From Promethearchaeota archaeon (GTDB taxonomy: Archaea; Asgardarchaeota; Lokiarchaeia; Sigyniarchaeales; SOKP01), in contig JBHLMP010000026.1 of the NCBI GenBank assembly GCA_048938025.1, forward strand, positions 18,600 through 55,010: DNA of 36,411 bases, written 5' to 3'. The notes under the pieces are model-generated. The model worked only from the letters and a program-made list of their open reading frames with translations, was not told the origin of the DNA and did no database searches. The translations under genes and the position numbers were made by a program. Below, piece after piece: positions 1 to 8,677 of the stretch (position 1 is the stretch's first letter; each line of letters starts with the position of its first letter).

Positions 1-462
1 GCTTCTAAACCAGCAGTAAAAGAAGAGGTTAAACCAATACCTAAACCTGAGCCAATGCCAGAACCTAAACCTGAGCCTACTATTGCGCCCACAGTCTCAA
101 AACCCACTACTCCAGAGAGAAAAGTTCAAGTGGCCTCCGAGTATGCTGCAGAAGAGGAAATGCCTTCTATAAAACCAAAAGAAAAATTAGAACCTACCGA
201 GTTAGTATCAAAAATTCAACTTACTACTGATGCCAAAATCGCATTTGTAATTAGTGGTATAATTGATCATTTTGCTGATGTTTGGATTTCAAAAAAAGAA
301 GATGGTAGTTTCGCAGTTGAGGAAATGAATGGACCTATTTGCACTTTTTCCATAAGGGAAGGAAGCAAAATTAATTTCACATCCGGTAGTTTTTCTGGAA
401 TTGATCCAAAAGTAAAAATCGCCATTCAAAAGAAATTTATAGAACTTACAAAACTATTATAA
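1..462 (+). CDS. 5'-truncated hypothetical protein (Pro/Glu/Lys-rich linker followed by a small C-terminal alpha/beta domain)
   Basis: Frame is open from base 1 (ASKPAVKEEVKPIPKPEPMPEPKPEP...), so the ATG at 55 is probably internal; TAA at 460-462. Confidence 0.7.
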   Translation, partial: ASKPAVKEEVKPIPKPEPMPEPKPEPTIAPTVSKPTTPERKVQVASEYAAEEEMPSIKPKEKLEPTELVSKIQLTTDAKIAFVISGIIDHFADVWISKKEDGSFAVEEMNGPICTFSIREGSKINFTSGSFSGIDPKVKIAIQKKFIELTKLL

Positions 463-559
463 TTTTTTTATTATTATTTTTTTATATTAGGATTTAATAC
501 CAGTTTTTATTCTTAATTTCAATTATTTAACTATAAAATAAATCTAAAATGATTTAAAA

Positions 560-2308
560 ATGAAATTCAATAGGCTAGCCCAGTTATTTTCAAAATTAGA
601 AGGTACAACAAAAAGACTTGAAATGATAGATATTCTATCAGATTTTTTCAATAAAATTAAGGAAGAGAAAGATTTTGAAGATTTAGACAAAGTTATATAT
701 CTTTTACAAGGACAATTGACTCCAAATATAAAGCAGTTTCCTAAAATGGGGTTAGCTGAAAAAATGATAATTGAAGCATTGTCTATTCATTCTGGAGTTG
801 ATGCGAAAAGGATTAAAGATGTTTTAGTAAAAAAAGGTGATATAGGGGCGGCTGCTGAATTGATTTTGGCAAAAAAAAAGAAACAAAAATCTTTATTTGA
901 AGAGAATCAAAGTCCAGGAAATTTACTTAGTATTTCAGAATTATATTCTGAATTAAAAAAAATAGCACTATCTGAAGGATCAGGATCACGAGATTCAAAA
1001 TTGGGCGCATTAAGAGGATTAATGATGAAATGCTCTCCATTAGAAACAAAATATTTACTGCGAATTATAACATCAACATTGAGAGTGGGGGTTCAATCAC
1101 CCACTATTATTGAAGGTTTAGCTCTTGCTTTTACAAATCTAAAACAAAATAAAGATTTTATAGAAAGAGCTTATACATTGCATCCGGATCTAGGCGAAAT
1201 TTCAAAAGTATTAGCAGAAAAAGGTTTGGAAGAAGTTAAAAAGATTGATATAGAATATGGAACACCAATTCTTAGTATGCTTGCCTCAAGAGAAATCTAT
1301 ACTGAATTCATCAATAGATTGGGAGTGCCCTTTGTTGCTGAACACAAATTAGATGGAGAGAGACTTCAAATCCATAAAATTGGTGATAATATAATATTAT
1401 TTTCTCGCCGTTTATTGGATATTTCAGAACAATATCCAGATGTTTGTCAGTTCATTAGAGAGAATATTAAAGCTGAAAATGTGATAATTGAAGGAGAAGT
1501 CGTAGCAATGGATCCTTTTTATGAAAAAATGCTCCCCTTTCAAGTTTTAAGTCAGAGAAGACGAAAGTATGATATTGAAAATATAACTAAAGAAGTTCCA
1601 GTATGTTTATTTATATTTGATCTTTTAAAATTTGGTGATGATTCATATGTTGATAAACCTCTTCCAGAACGAAGGAAATTACTTGAGGAAATTGTTAAAG
1701 AAAGAGATGAACTAAGGTTAGTTGAATCTATACTAATAAATTCAACTGATGAATTACTCGAATTCTTTAATAAAGCTAGAGAAGAAGGAACAGAAGGGAT
1801 AATGGCAAAATCAATTAAGGAGGATTCCATATATCAAGCAGGAAATCGTGGTTATAAATGGCTTAAATTAAAAAGTTTAGAAGGAGGAAAATTAAAAGAT
1901 ACAATTGATCTAGTCCTAATTGGTGCTTTTTATGGTAAAGGTCGCAGAACAGGAGTATATGGAACTTATATAGGTGCTGTTTATGATCCTGAAAATGATA
2001 ATTTTATAGCTTTCACTCGTTTCTTTTCAGGATTGACTGATGAGTTATCTGAATCTTTAACAAAAGATATGGAAAAATACACAGTAGATAAAAAACCAAA
2101 AAATGTCATTTGTGAAGATAATCCCGACGTATGGTTAAACCCAGAGGTAGTAATGGAAATAACAGGAGATGAGATTACAATTAGTGACAAATTTGCTACT
2201 TTAGGGTATTCTATGAGGTTTCCAGTTTTCCTAAGAATGCGTCCTGAGAAAGGTCCTAAAGACATAACTACTGTGGATGAAATTAAAGAATTATATGAAA
2301 CTCAATAA
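560..2308 (+). CDS. lig: ATP-dependent DNA ligase (archaeal type)
   Basis: Motif I EHKLDGER, EGEVV, FDLL, EGIMAK, WLKLK, DLVLIGAFYGKGRR, MRFP..R.R; PIP-like QKSLF in the N-terminal domain. Confidence 0.97.
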   Translation: MKFNRLAQLFSKLEGTTKRLEMIDILSDFFNKIKEEKDFEDLDKVIYLLQGQLTPNIKQFPKMGLAEKMIIEALSIHSGVDAKRIKDVLVKKGDIGAAAELILAKKKKQKSLFEENQSPGNLLSISELYSELKKIALSEGSGSRDSKLGALRGLMMKCSPLETKYLLRIITSTLRVGVQSPTIIEGLALAFTNLKQNKDFIERAYTLHPDLGEISKVLAEKGLEEVKKIDIEYGTPILSMLASREIYTEFINRLGVPFVAEHKLDGERLQIHKIGDNIILFSRRLLDISEQYPDVCQFIRENIKAENVIIEGEVVAMDPFYEKMLPFQVLSQRRRKYDIENITKEVPVCLFIFDLLKFGDDSYVDKPLPERRKLLEEIVKERDELRLVESILINSTDELLEFFNKAREEGTEGIMAKSIKEDSIYQAGNRGYKWLKLKSLEGGKLKDTIDLVLIGAFYGKGRRTGVYGTYIGAVYDPENDNFIAFTRFFSGLTDELSESLTKDMEKYTVDKKPKNVICEDNPDVWLNPEVVMEITGDEITISDKFATLGYSMRFPVFLRMRPEKGPKDITTVDEIKELYETQ

Positions 2309-2333
2309 GTTCATGATAACAATATAGAAACTT

Positions 2334-3680
2334 TTAAAAATAGATTTTGACTCCTTTTTGTTTAAGTTTGTTTAATAATTTTAAGGATTCAGTTAGATTA
2401 TTTTCTGATAAATATAATTCTTTTAATTTGGTGAGGTATTTAAGTGATTCTGGTAAAAGACTCAATCTATTTCTAGATAAGTATAAATATTGGAGAGATG
2501 TAAGATTTCCAATTGTATCTGGAATAATATCTAATTTATTATCACTTAAATTTAATACTTTTAATGATTTTAAGGACCCAATTTCCTCAGGAATAGCTGT
2601 TAATTCATTTCTTTCTAAATCTAATACCTTAAGAACAGTAAGTTTTCCTATGGTAGTTGGAAGCGCTCTTAATTTATTCCAACTCAAGTTAAGAGTTTCT
2701 AATGAATTAAGGTAACCTACTGTTTCTGGAAGATAATGCAATTTATTATCATGTAAATTTAATTCTCTAAGTGAAGATAGATTACCAATAGTATCTGGCA
2801 ATGTTTCTAACTGATTAAGTCTTAAGTTTATTCTTTCTAATTTAGAGAGACAACCAATTCTTTTAGGGAGCGCCTTAAGTTTATTTTTCCAAAGTAATAA
2901 TTCTTTTAGCGAAGCAAGTGAATCTATTGTTTCCGGTAACATTTTAATATTATTTACATTTAGATTTAAACTTTCAAGCGAAAATAAATTACCAATCCAT
3001 TCTGGGAGAGTAGTTAATTGGTTGTATCTAAAGATTAAGGTTTTTAATGATGAGAGATATTTAATAGGTTCTGGTATTTCAGTTAAACCTTTAAAAATGA
3101 AATCAAGCTCGATAAATTTACAATTTTCTATTTTAAATTTGATTCGCCAATATATTTTTTTCAATAATAAAAACGTAAAATAGTTGATTAAAATTTCAGC
3201 TAACTCTTTATTGGTCAATTTTTCTATTGATTTTACTTTAAATAATTGTTCAAGGCTACTTCTAAATTCTCGCTCCCTAATTTTTTTAACTTCACTATAT
3301 AATATTTGCTGATTATTTTGTACCATATTTTTTATGATTTTTATTAAAGTTGTATGGATTGTGTTTAAACAAGAAGGAGATTCTTCATGAATAAGTGCCC
3401 ATTTCATTGGTTCTAATGCTCTATTGATATATAGATTTTTCAATATCAATGCAGCTGAATTTCGTACTCTTTCGCTAGAATCAGAAATTAATAAATTTTC
3501 TAAGAATCTAAAAGATTTATTATCATCAATTTTAATTTTTTCTAGCGCTTGAATACATTCAACTCTAACTTTATCACTCTCACAATTGTCTATTAAGGAG
3601 ATTAATAATTTAGCAGCCGATTGTTTATCTAAATTATTTTTAAAATATTCCTCGTGAATTTTTGAGGGAGTTAATTCCAT
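2334..3680 (-). CDS. HEAT-like N-terminal domain + leucine-rich repeat protein (paralog 1)
   Basis: N-terminal LENLLISDSSERVRNSAA..LK block; about ten 23-aa LRRs of type LxxLPxxIGxLxxLxxLxLxxN; C-cap KQKGVKIYF. Confidence 0.92.
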   Translation of the reverse strand: MELTPSKIHEEYFKNNLDKQSAAKLLISLIDNCESDKVRVECIQALEKIKIDDNKSFRFLENLLISDSSERVRNSAALILKNLYINRALEPMKWALIHEESPSCLNTIHTTLIKIIKNMVQNNQQILYSEVKKIREREFRSSLEQLFKVKSIEKLTNKELAEILINYFTFLLLKKIYWRIKFKIENCKFIELDFIFKGLTEIPEPIKYLSSLKTLIFRYNQLTTLPEWIGNLFSLESLNLNVNNIKMLPETIDSLASLKELLLWKNKLKALPKRIGCLSKLERINLRLNQLETLPDTIGNLSSLRELNLHDNKLHYLPETVGYLNSLETLNLSWNKLRALPTTIGKLTVLKVLDLERNELTAIPEEIGSLKSLKVLNLSDNKLDIIPDTIGNLTSLQYLYLSRNRLSLLPESLKYLTKLKELYLSENNLTESLKLLNKLKQKGVKIYF

Positions 3681-3745
3681 CTTGAATTGATAAATTATTA
3701 GCTTTTAAATTAATGTTTATATTTTATTTTATAATCTGCTTGTCA

Positions 3746-5251
3746 TTATTTATAGATTTTGAGTCCTTTTTGTTGTAGATCTTTAATAGACTCAGGGAGT
3801 TTTGTAGGGAATTTATCAAAATTCAAATTTAAAATTTTAAGCGAGGAAAGTGACCCTAATGATTCAGGTAATGACTTAAGTTTATTTCCCCATAGATTTA
3901 ATTCTTCTAATGAAGTAAGATCACCTATCCAATTTGGAAGAAAAGTAAAATTATTCCAACTTAAATCAAGTTTTTTTAATCGTTTTAAATTTTTAAATGA
4001 TTCTGGTAAATTTGTTAGTTTATTGTTGCTTAATATTAAAATCTTTAAAGATATCAATGAAGTTATAGACTCTGGAAGCTCTTTAATATTATTATCATAT
4101 AAATTTAATTCAATTAGTGAATTTAAAGATTTAATCCATTCATCAAGATTATTTATAAATTTATTTCCACCTAATCCTAAGATTTTTAAATTTTTAATAT
4201 TTTTTATCCAATCTGGGATGGATTTTAGACTATTTAATCCTAATTCTAACCGATTTAATGAATTAAGATTTTCCAATGATTTAGGTAATTCATTCAATTG
4301 ATTTCCGTGGAGATCTAAAACCTTTAAGAATATTAAGTTGCTAAATGCTTTTGGTAAGGTTTTTAAGTTATTATGTCTTAAATCTAAGGTTTTTAATCTC
4401 TGTAAATTGCTAATAGAATCTGGAAGGCGTGTTAAATTATTATATCTCAAAAATAAAAATTCTAATGATTGTAATGATCCAATAGATTCGGGTAATACCT
4501 TTAATTTGTTATTACTCAAATCTAAATATTTAAGAAAAGAGAGCTCTCCAATAGAATTAGGTAATTTTGCGATTCTATTTATGTTCAGATCCAGTTTCTT
4601 TAGACATTTTAAAATTTCAATAAATTCTGACAAATTTCTTAGAATGTTCCAACCAAAAATATTATTGCTTATTCCAGATAAATCTAACTCTGTAACTAAA
4701 CCTTCTTCTACTTGGTAATTAATATTATCCAATTTTTCCTCAAAAAATTTGATAATATAGTAATTATTAATTATTTCAGCAAGTCTTTTAGAATTTAAAA
4801 TTCGAATTTTTCCTGTTTTGATTAAATCAGCTAAAGCCTTATTAAAATGATAATTATCAATGATTTTTATTTTCTCAAGTAGAAAAGATTTAGATTGCTC
4901 ATTATTAATTTCTCCTATTGTTGATACAATTGTGAGTAAACATTGTAGAGATGCTTCGTGATCAACAGCCCACATCATTGGTTCTAATGCTTTATCTAAA
5001 TAATTATTCTTTATTACTCTTGCAGCTAAATTTCTTACTTTCTCTTTTGAATCAGAAATTAATAGATTTTCTAGTAAATTAAATACTCTATCATCTCTTG
5101 AGCCAATTTTATCCAAAATCTCAATGCTTTCAATTCTATCAATATGACTCTGAGAATTGTCGATCAAGTATAGCAATTGATCAATGGCAGAAGTTTTATC
5201 TAAAATTTTTTCAATATATTCTTTGTAAATATGTTCAGGAGATCTTTCCAT
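3746..5251 (-). CDS. HEAT-like N-terminal domain + leucine-rich repeat protein (paralog 2)
   Basis: Same N-terminal block (LENLLISDSKEKVRNLAA, ALEPMMWA), 23-aa LRRs, C-cap QQKGLKIYK. Confidence 0.92.
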   Translation of the reverse strand: MERSPEHIYKEYIEKILDKTSAIDQLLYLIDNSQSHIDRIESIEILDKIGSRDDRVFNLLENLLISDSKEKVRNLAARVIKNNYLDKALEPMMWAVDHEASLQCLLTIVSTIGEINNEQSKSFLLEKIKIIDNYHFNKALADLIKTGKIRILNSKRLAEIINNYYIIKFFEEKLDNINYQVEEGLVTELDLSGISNNIFGWNILRNLSEFIEILKCLKKLDLNINRIAKLPNSIGELSFLKYLDLSNNKLKVLPESIGSLQSLEFLFLRYNNLTRLPDSISNLQRLKTLDLRHNNLKTLPKAFSNLIFLKVLDLHGNQLNELPKSLENLNSLNRLELGLNSLKSIPDWIKNIKNLKILGLGGNKFINNLDEWIKSLNSLIELNLYDNNIKELPESITSLISLKILILSNNKLTNLPESFKNLKRLKKLDLSWNNFTFLPNWIGDLTSLEELNLWGNKLKSLPESLGSLSSLKILNLNFDKFPTKLPESIKDLQQKGLKIYK

Positions 5252-5452
5252 TATTTTTAAAATATTAGTTAATTTTATTTAAAGTTATGATTCAAAATAT
5301 AATTTTAATTGTACAAAGAATTTTTGATAAAAATTCAATTAAATTAATCCAGTAAATTCTATAATTGTTTTCGATCTTCAATGATTTTTTTATTATAATT
5401 AAATTTTTATGCTTATAAAATTTTAATTTAGCCTATGTTTAAGTGATTTAAA

Positions 5453-6943
5453 TTAAATTTTGATTATTAGCCCCCTTTTTCTCTCTAATCGTCTCAGTGG
5501 CTCTGGAATATTTTTAATTTTATTAAAATTTAAATCTAATATTCTAAGTGAAGGGAGTAAGGCAATTGATTCAGTTAATTGTTCAAGTTGATTTCCCCAT
5601 AGATTTAATTCTTCTAATGAGGATAATTCCCCAATCCATTCTGGAAGAAAAGTGAAATTGTTCCAACTTAAATTAAGTTCTTTAAGATTTTTTAAATTCT
5701 GAAACGATTCTGGTAAGCTACATAGTTTATTATTCCGTAAAATCAAATTTTCTAATGATGTCAAGTTCCCAATCGAATCTGGTAGTTTAGTAATATCATT
5801 ATCATATAATTGTAACCTTTTCAGAGATTGAAATGAAGAAATCCAATTAGGAAGTTTTTTTATCCTATTTCCACTCATATCTAATTTTTCTAATAATGGA
5901 AGAGCTTTTATGCTGGTTGGAACTTCAAAAAAATTATTCCAACCTAAATCAAGTTCGTTAATTGATCCGTTCAATCTAAATTCTATTGAATTTAATTTAT
6001 TTCCATGTAGATCTAAACTCTTAAGTGTTTTAAGAGATGTTATTGATTTAGGAATTTCATTCAGCAGATTATTTCTCAAGTTTAATGTTTGAAGTAATGA
6101 TAAGTTACCTAACGAATCAGGGAGATTCCATAACCTATTTGATTTTAAATTTAAAATTTTTAAAGATTTCAATTTATTTATAGATTCTGGAAGTCTAATG
6201 AGTTTATTATAACTTAAATCTAAAGATACAATTGAATCTGATTCATTTGAGATTTCTGATAGTTTGAATAAATGATTAAACCTTAGATCAAGAACTTTAA
6301 GTTGCTTGAGAGAGAATATCGAGTCAAGGAAGTTAGTCAAAAAAATACCCTGCGGATCTACATTTGTTAAATCTAATTTAGATATATAACCCAAATTGTT
6401 AAATTCATATTTTATGTAACCAAACTTAACTTTTAAAAATGAGATGAAGTAATAATTAATTAATAGTTCTGCAAGATCTTTATGAGAAAAATTTTCAATC
6501 TTTTTTCCTTCAAAAACATCTTTTAAATTATATTTATATTTTTGATTATACAAGTTGAGTAATTTCTTAACTAAAATTGATTTAGATTTCGTGTTATTAA
6601 TTTCAGATAAAGTAGAAATTATTGTTATTAGGCACCTTAATGATGTTTCATTTTCAAGAGCCCATTTCATCGGTTCTAAAGCTCTCTCTAAAAAAAGATT
6701 TTTTATTAGAGATGCCGCTAAATTTCTTACATTTTCATTTAAATCAGAAATTAACAGATTCTCCAAAAGTTTATAGACTTTATCATCCTTCGCCTGAATT
6801 TTTTCTAAAATCTTAATGCTCTCTAATCTGGTATCAACATTATCTGTATTATCAATTAATGTGATTAATAATTCAAGTGCTGAAATATAATCTAAATCTT
6901 GATTCTTTAAATCCTTATATATTGCTTTTGGAGTTAAAGGCAT
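5453..6943 (-). CDS. HEAT-like N-terminal domain + leucine-rich repeat protein (paralog 3)
   Basis: Same N-terminal block (LENLLISDLNENVRNLAA, ALEPMKWAL), LRRs, C-cap RKRGLIIKI. Confidence 0.92.
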   Translation of the reverse strand: MPLTPKAIYKDLKNQDLDYISALELLITLIDNTDNVDTRLESIKILEKIQAKDDKVYKLLENLLISDLNENVRNLAASLIKNLFLERALEPMKWALENETSLRCLITIISTLSEINNTKSKSILVKKLLNLYNQKYKYNLKDVFEGKKIENFSHKDLAELLINYYFISFLKVKFGYIKYEFNNLGYISKLDLTNVDPQGIFLTNFLDSIFSLKQLKVLDLRFNHLFKLSEISNESDSIVSLDLSYNKLIRLPESINKLKSLKILNLKSNRLWNLPDSLGNLSLLQTLNLRNNLLNEIPKSITSLKTLKSLDLHGNKLNSIEFRLNGSINELDLGWNNFFEVPTSIKALPLLEKLDMSGNRIKKLPNWISSFQSLKRLQLYDNDITKLPDSIGNLTSLENLILRNNKLCSLPESFQNLKNLKELNLSWNNFTFLPEWIGELSSLEELNLWGNQLEQLTESIALLPSLRILDLNFNKIKNIPEPLRRLERKRGLIIKI

Positions 6944-6992
6944 TTTTTCCTAATTAGTAAAATAGAATAAAATCAAAAATGTAATAAGAAAA

Positions 6993-8531
6993 TTAAATTC
7001 TTTCAATCATCATTCCACCTAATACTATTGGACCACCAGTTGAATTGTAAATTTTCTCTGCTCTCTTTAATTTAGATTGACTTTCTGAATAGATTCTAAA
7101 GACTAAATCACCCTCTTTTATTCTTGCACCTTGTTTTTTTATAACTTCTACTCCAGAACTTTTTGAAAAGGGACATCCTGCAGCTTTGGCAATTTGATTA
7201 ATTATTGCATTATTTACACCAGTTATATGTCCTCCCTTAATAGCATAGAATTCCTTCGTATGTGGTCCTAACTTGATTTCTTCTGGTTTTATGTTAGGTT
7301 CACCTCCTTGAACCTTAATTATTTTTTTCATTGTGTCATAAGCCTTGCCAGATCGTAAGATATCTTTAGCTAATTTTTGACCCATTCCTTTCTGAGCTTT
7401 TCCACCCATTTCAAGAAGAATCCCTGCTAAGTCAGTTGCTTTTTCTATTAAAGAATTAGGTCCGGCAGAGTAGTTCATTAACAGATTAAGCGCCTCTTTA
7501 GCTTCTAATGCTGGTCCAACAGCATGACCTATTGGTTGATGAGCCAGAGTTAACGCACATTCCGCTTTTACCCCCACGTTCTTAGCTATTTCTTTGAAAA
7601 TATAAGCGAAATTTTTTCCATCATTTGGTGTAGGAAATTTAGTTCCTGGGCCAACAGGGATATCTAAAACTAATTTCTTTACTCCCATACTTATTTTTTT
7701 AGCAAGAATAGATGGAATCATCAAACCTACAGGATCCATATGGAGAGGTCGTTCAATTTCTATTAAGATATTATCTGCAGGAGCTATATCAAGGGCTCCT
7801 CCCCAGATTATACAGGCTTTTTCTTCAGATATAATTTTCTTTACTTCTTCTGAATCAAAAATAACCGGGGCTAAAACTTCCATTGAATCTGCTGTGCCAG
7901 ATGGTGATGTTATTGCTCTTGTTGATGTTTTAGGGATTATTAAACCCGCAGTTGCCACTACTGGGACTACAATAAGAGAAACTTTATTACCTGGAACACC
8001 CCCCGTCGAATGCTTGTCGTATACATCTGGACCGAAATCAAAGATTTCTCCACTCCTAGCTTCCGCTAAAGTAAGAGCAGTCATTTCTTCATTATCCATT
8101 CCATGAATATTAATACTTGTTATAAAAGAAGATAATTCTATTGAGCTTAAAAGACCTGAAGAAGAAGCAGATACAATATTATTTATTTCTTCACTGCTTA
8201 ACTTATTTCCAATGATTTTTTTTTTAATATATTTGAAGGAATCTGGATGTTCTGCTGGTTTTACAGAAACTATAGCATTATTTTCAATATCTTTTAATGT
8301 ATCTATAAAAAGTCCAATCTCTCCTGGAGCAATAATTGAATCGGAATATGCTATTTCTACTATTGCAACACGATATTTACCATTAATAGATTTTGATTCA
8401 ACATTTTTAATCATAATGCGATCTCCGGCTTTCTGCCCTAATTCAGCGGCATCTTGAAAATTTAGAATGACATCCTTGGTATTACCAGTTTCAAAATTAA
8501 TTTTTTTAACTTTTAATTTCATTATTCTCAA
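6993..8531 (-). CDS. deoA: AMP phosphorylase (archaeal thymidine phosphorylase family)
   Basis: DKHSTGGVPGNK, PKTSTRAITSPSGTAD, DIPVGPGTK, QPIGHAVGPALEA; has the N-terminal extension typical of AMP phosphorylases. Confidence 0.93.
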   Translation of the reverse strand: MRIMKLKVKKINFETGNTKDVILNFQDAAELGQKAGDRIMIKNVESKSINGKYRVAIVEIAYSDSIIAPGEIGLFIDTLKDIENNAIVSVKPAEHPDSFKYIKKKIIGNKLSSEEINNIVSASSSGLLSSIELSSFITSINIHGMDNEEMTALTLAEARSGEIFDFGPDVYDKHSTGGVPGNKVSLIVVPVVATAGLIIPKTSTRAITSPSGTADSMEVLAPVIFDSEEVKKIISEEKACIIWGGALDIAPADNILIEIERPLHMDPVGLMIPSILAKKISMGVKKLVLDIPVGPGTKFPTPNDGKNFAYIFKEIAKNVGVKAECALTLAHQPIGHAVGPALEAKEALNLLMNYSAGPNSLIEKATDLAGILLEMGGKAQKGMGQKLAKDILRSGKAYDTMKKIIKVQGGEPNIKPEEIKLGPHTKEFYAIKGGHITGVNNAIINQIAKAAGCPFSKSSGVEVIKKQGARIKEGDLVFRIYSESQSKLKRAEKIYNSTGGPIVLGGMMIERI

Positions 8532-8659
8532 TAATTTTTTTGATTATAATTAATTAGAAAATCTAATCAATTAAATTTATTTATGAGCTTTGTATTTCTT
8601 ATGCTTGTTTTACTATATTAGAGATTAGAATATTTTAATTCAAGAATTAACGAATTAAT

Positions 8660-8668
8660 AAAAAAAAA
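8660..8668 (-). terminator. Possible oligo-U terminator
   Basis: T9 run on the minus strand about 10 nt after the stop of the 771-aa gene. Confidence 0.35.
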
Positions 8669-8677
8669 TAAGAATAA

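Noticed and set aside
2347-6092. Plus-strand ORFs antisense to the LRR genes (2347, 3759, 4338, 5910)
   Set aside because: Shadow ORFs arising from repetitive LRR codon usage; no independent coding signal.
8545-8575. Inverted repeat AATTAATTAGA/TCTAATCAATT upstream of AMP phosphorylase
   Set aside because: Almost all A/T; plausible by chance at this base composition.
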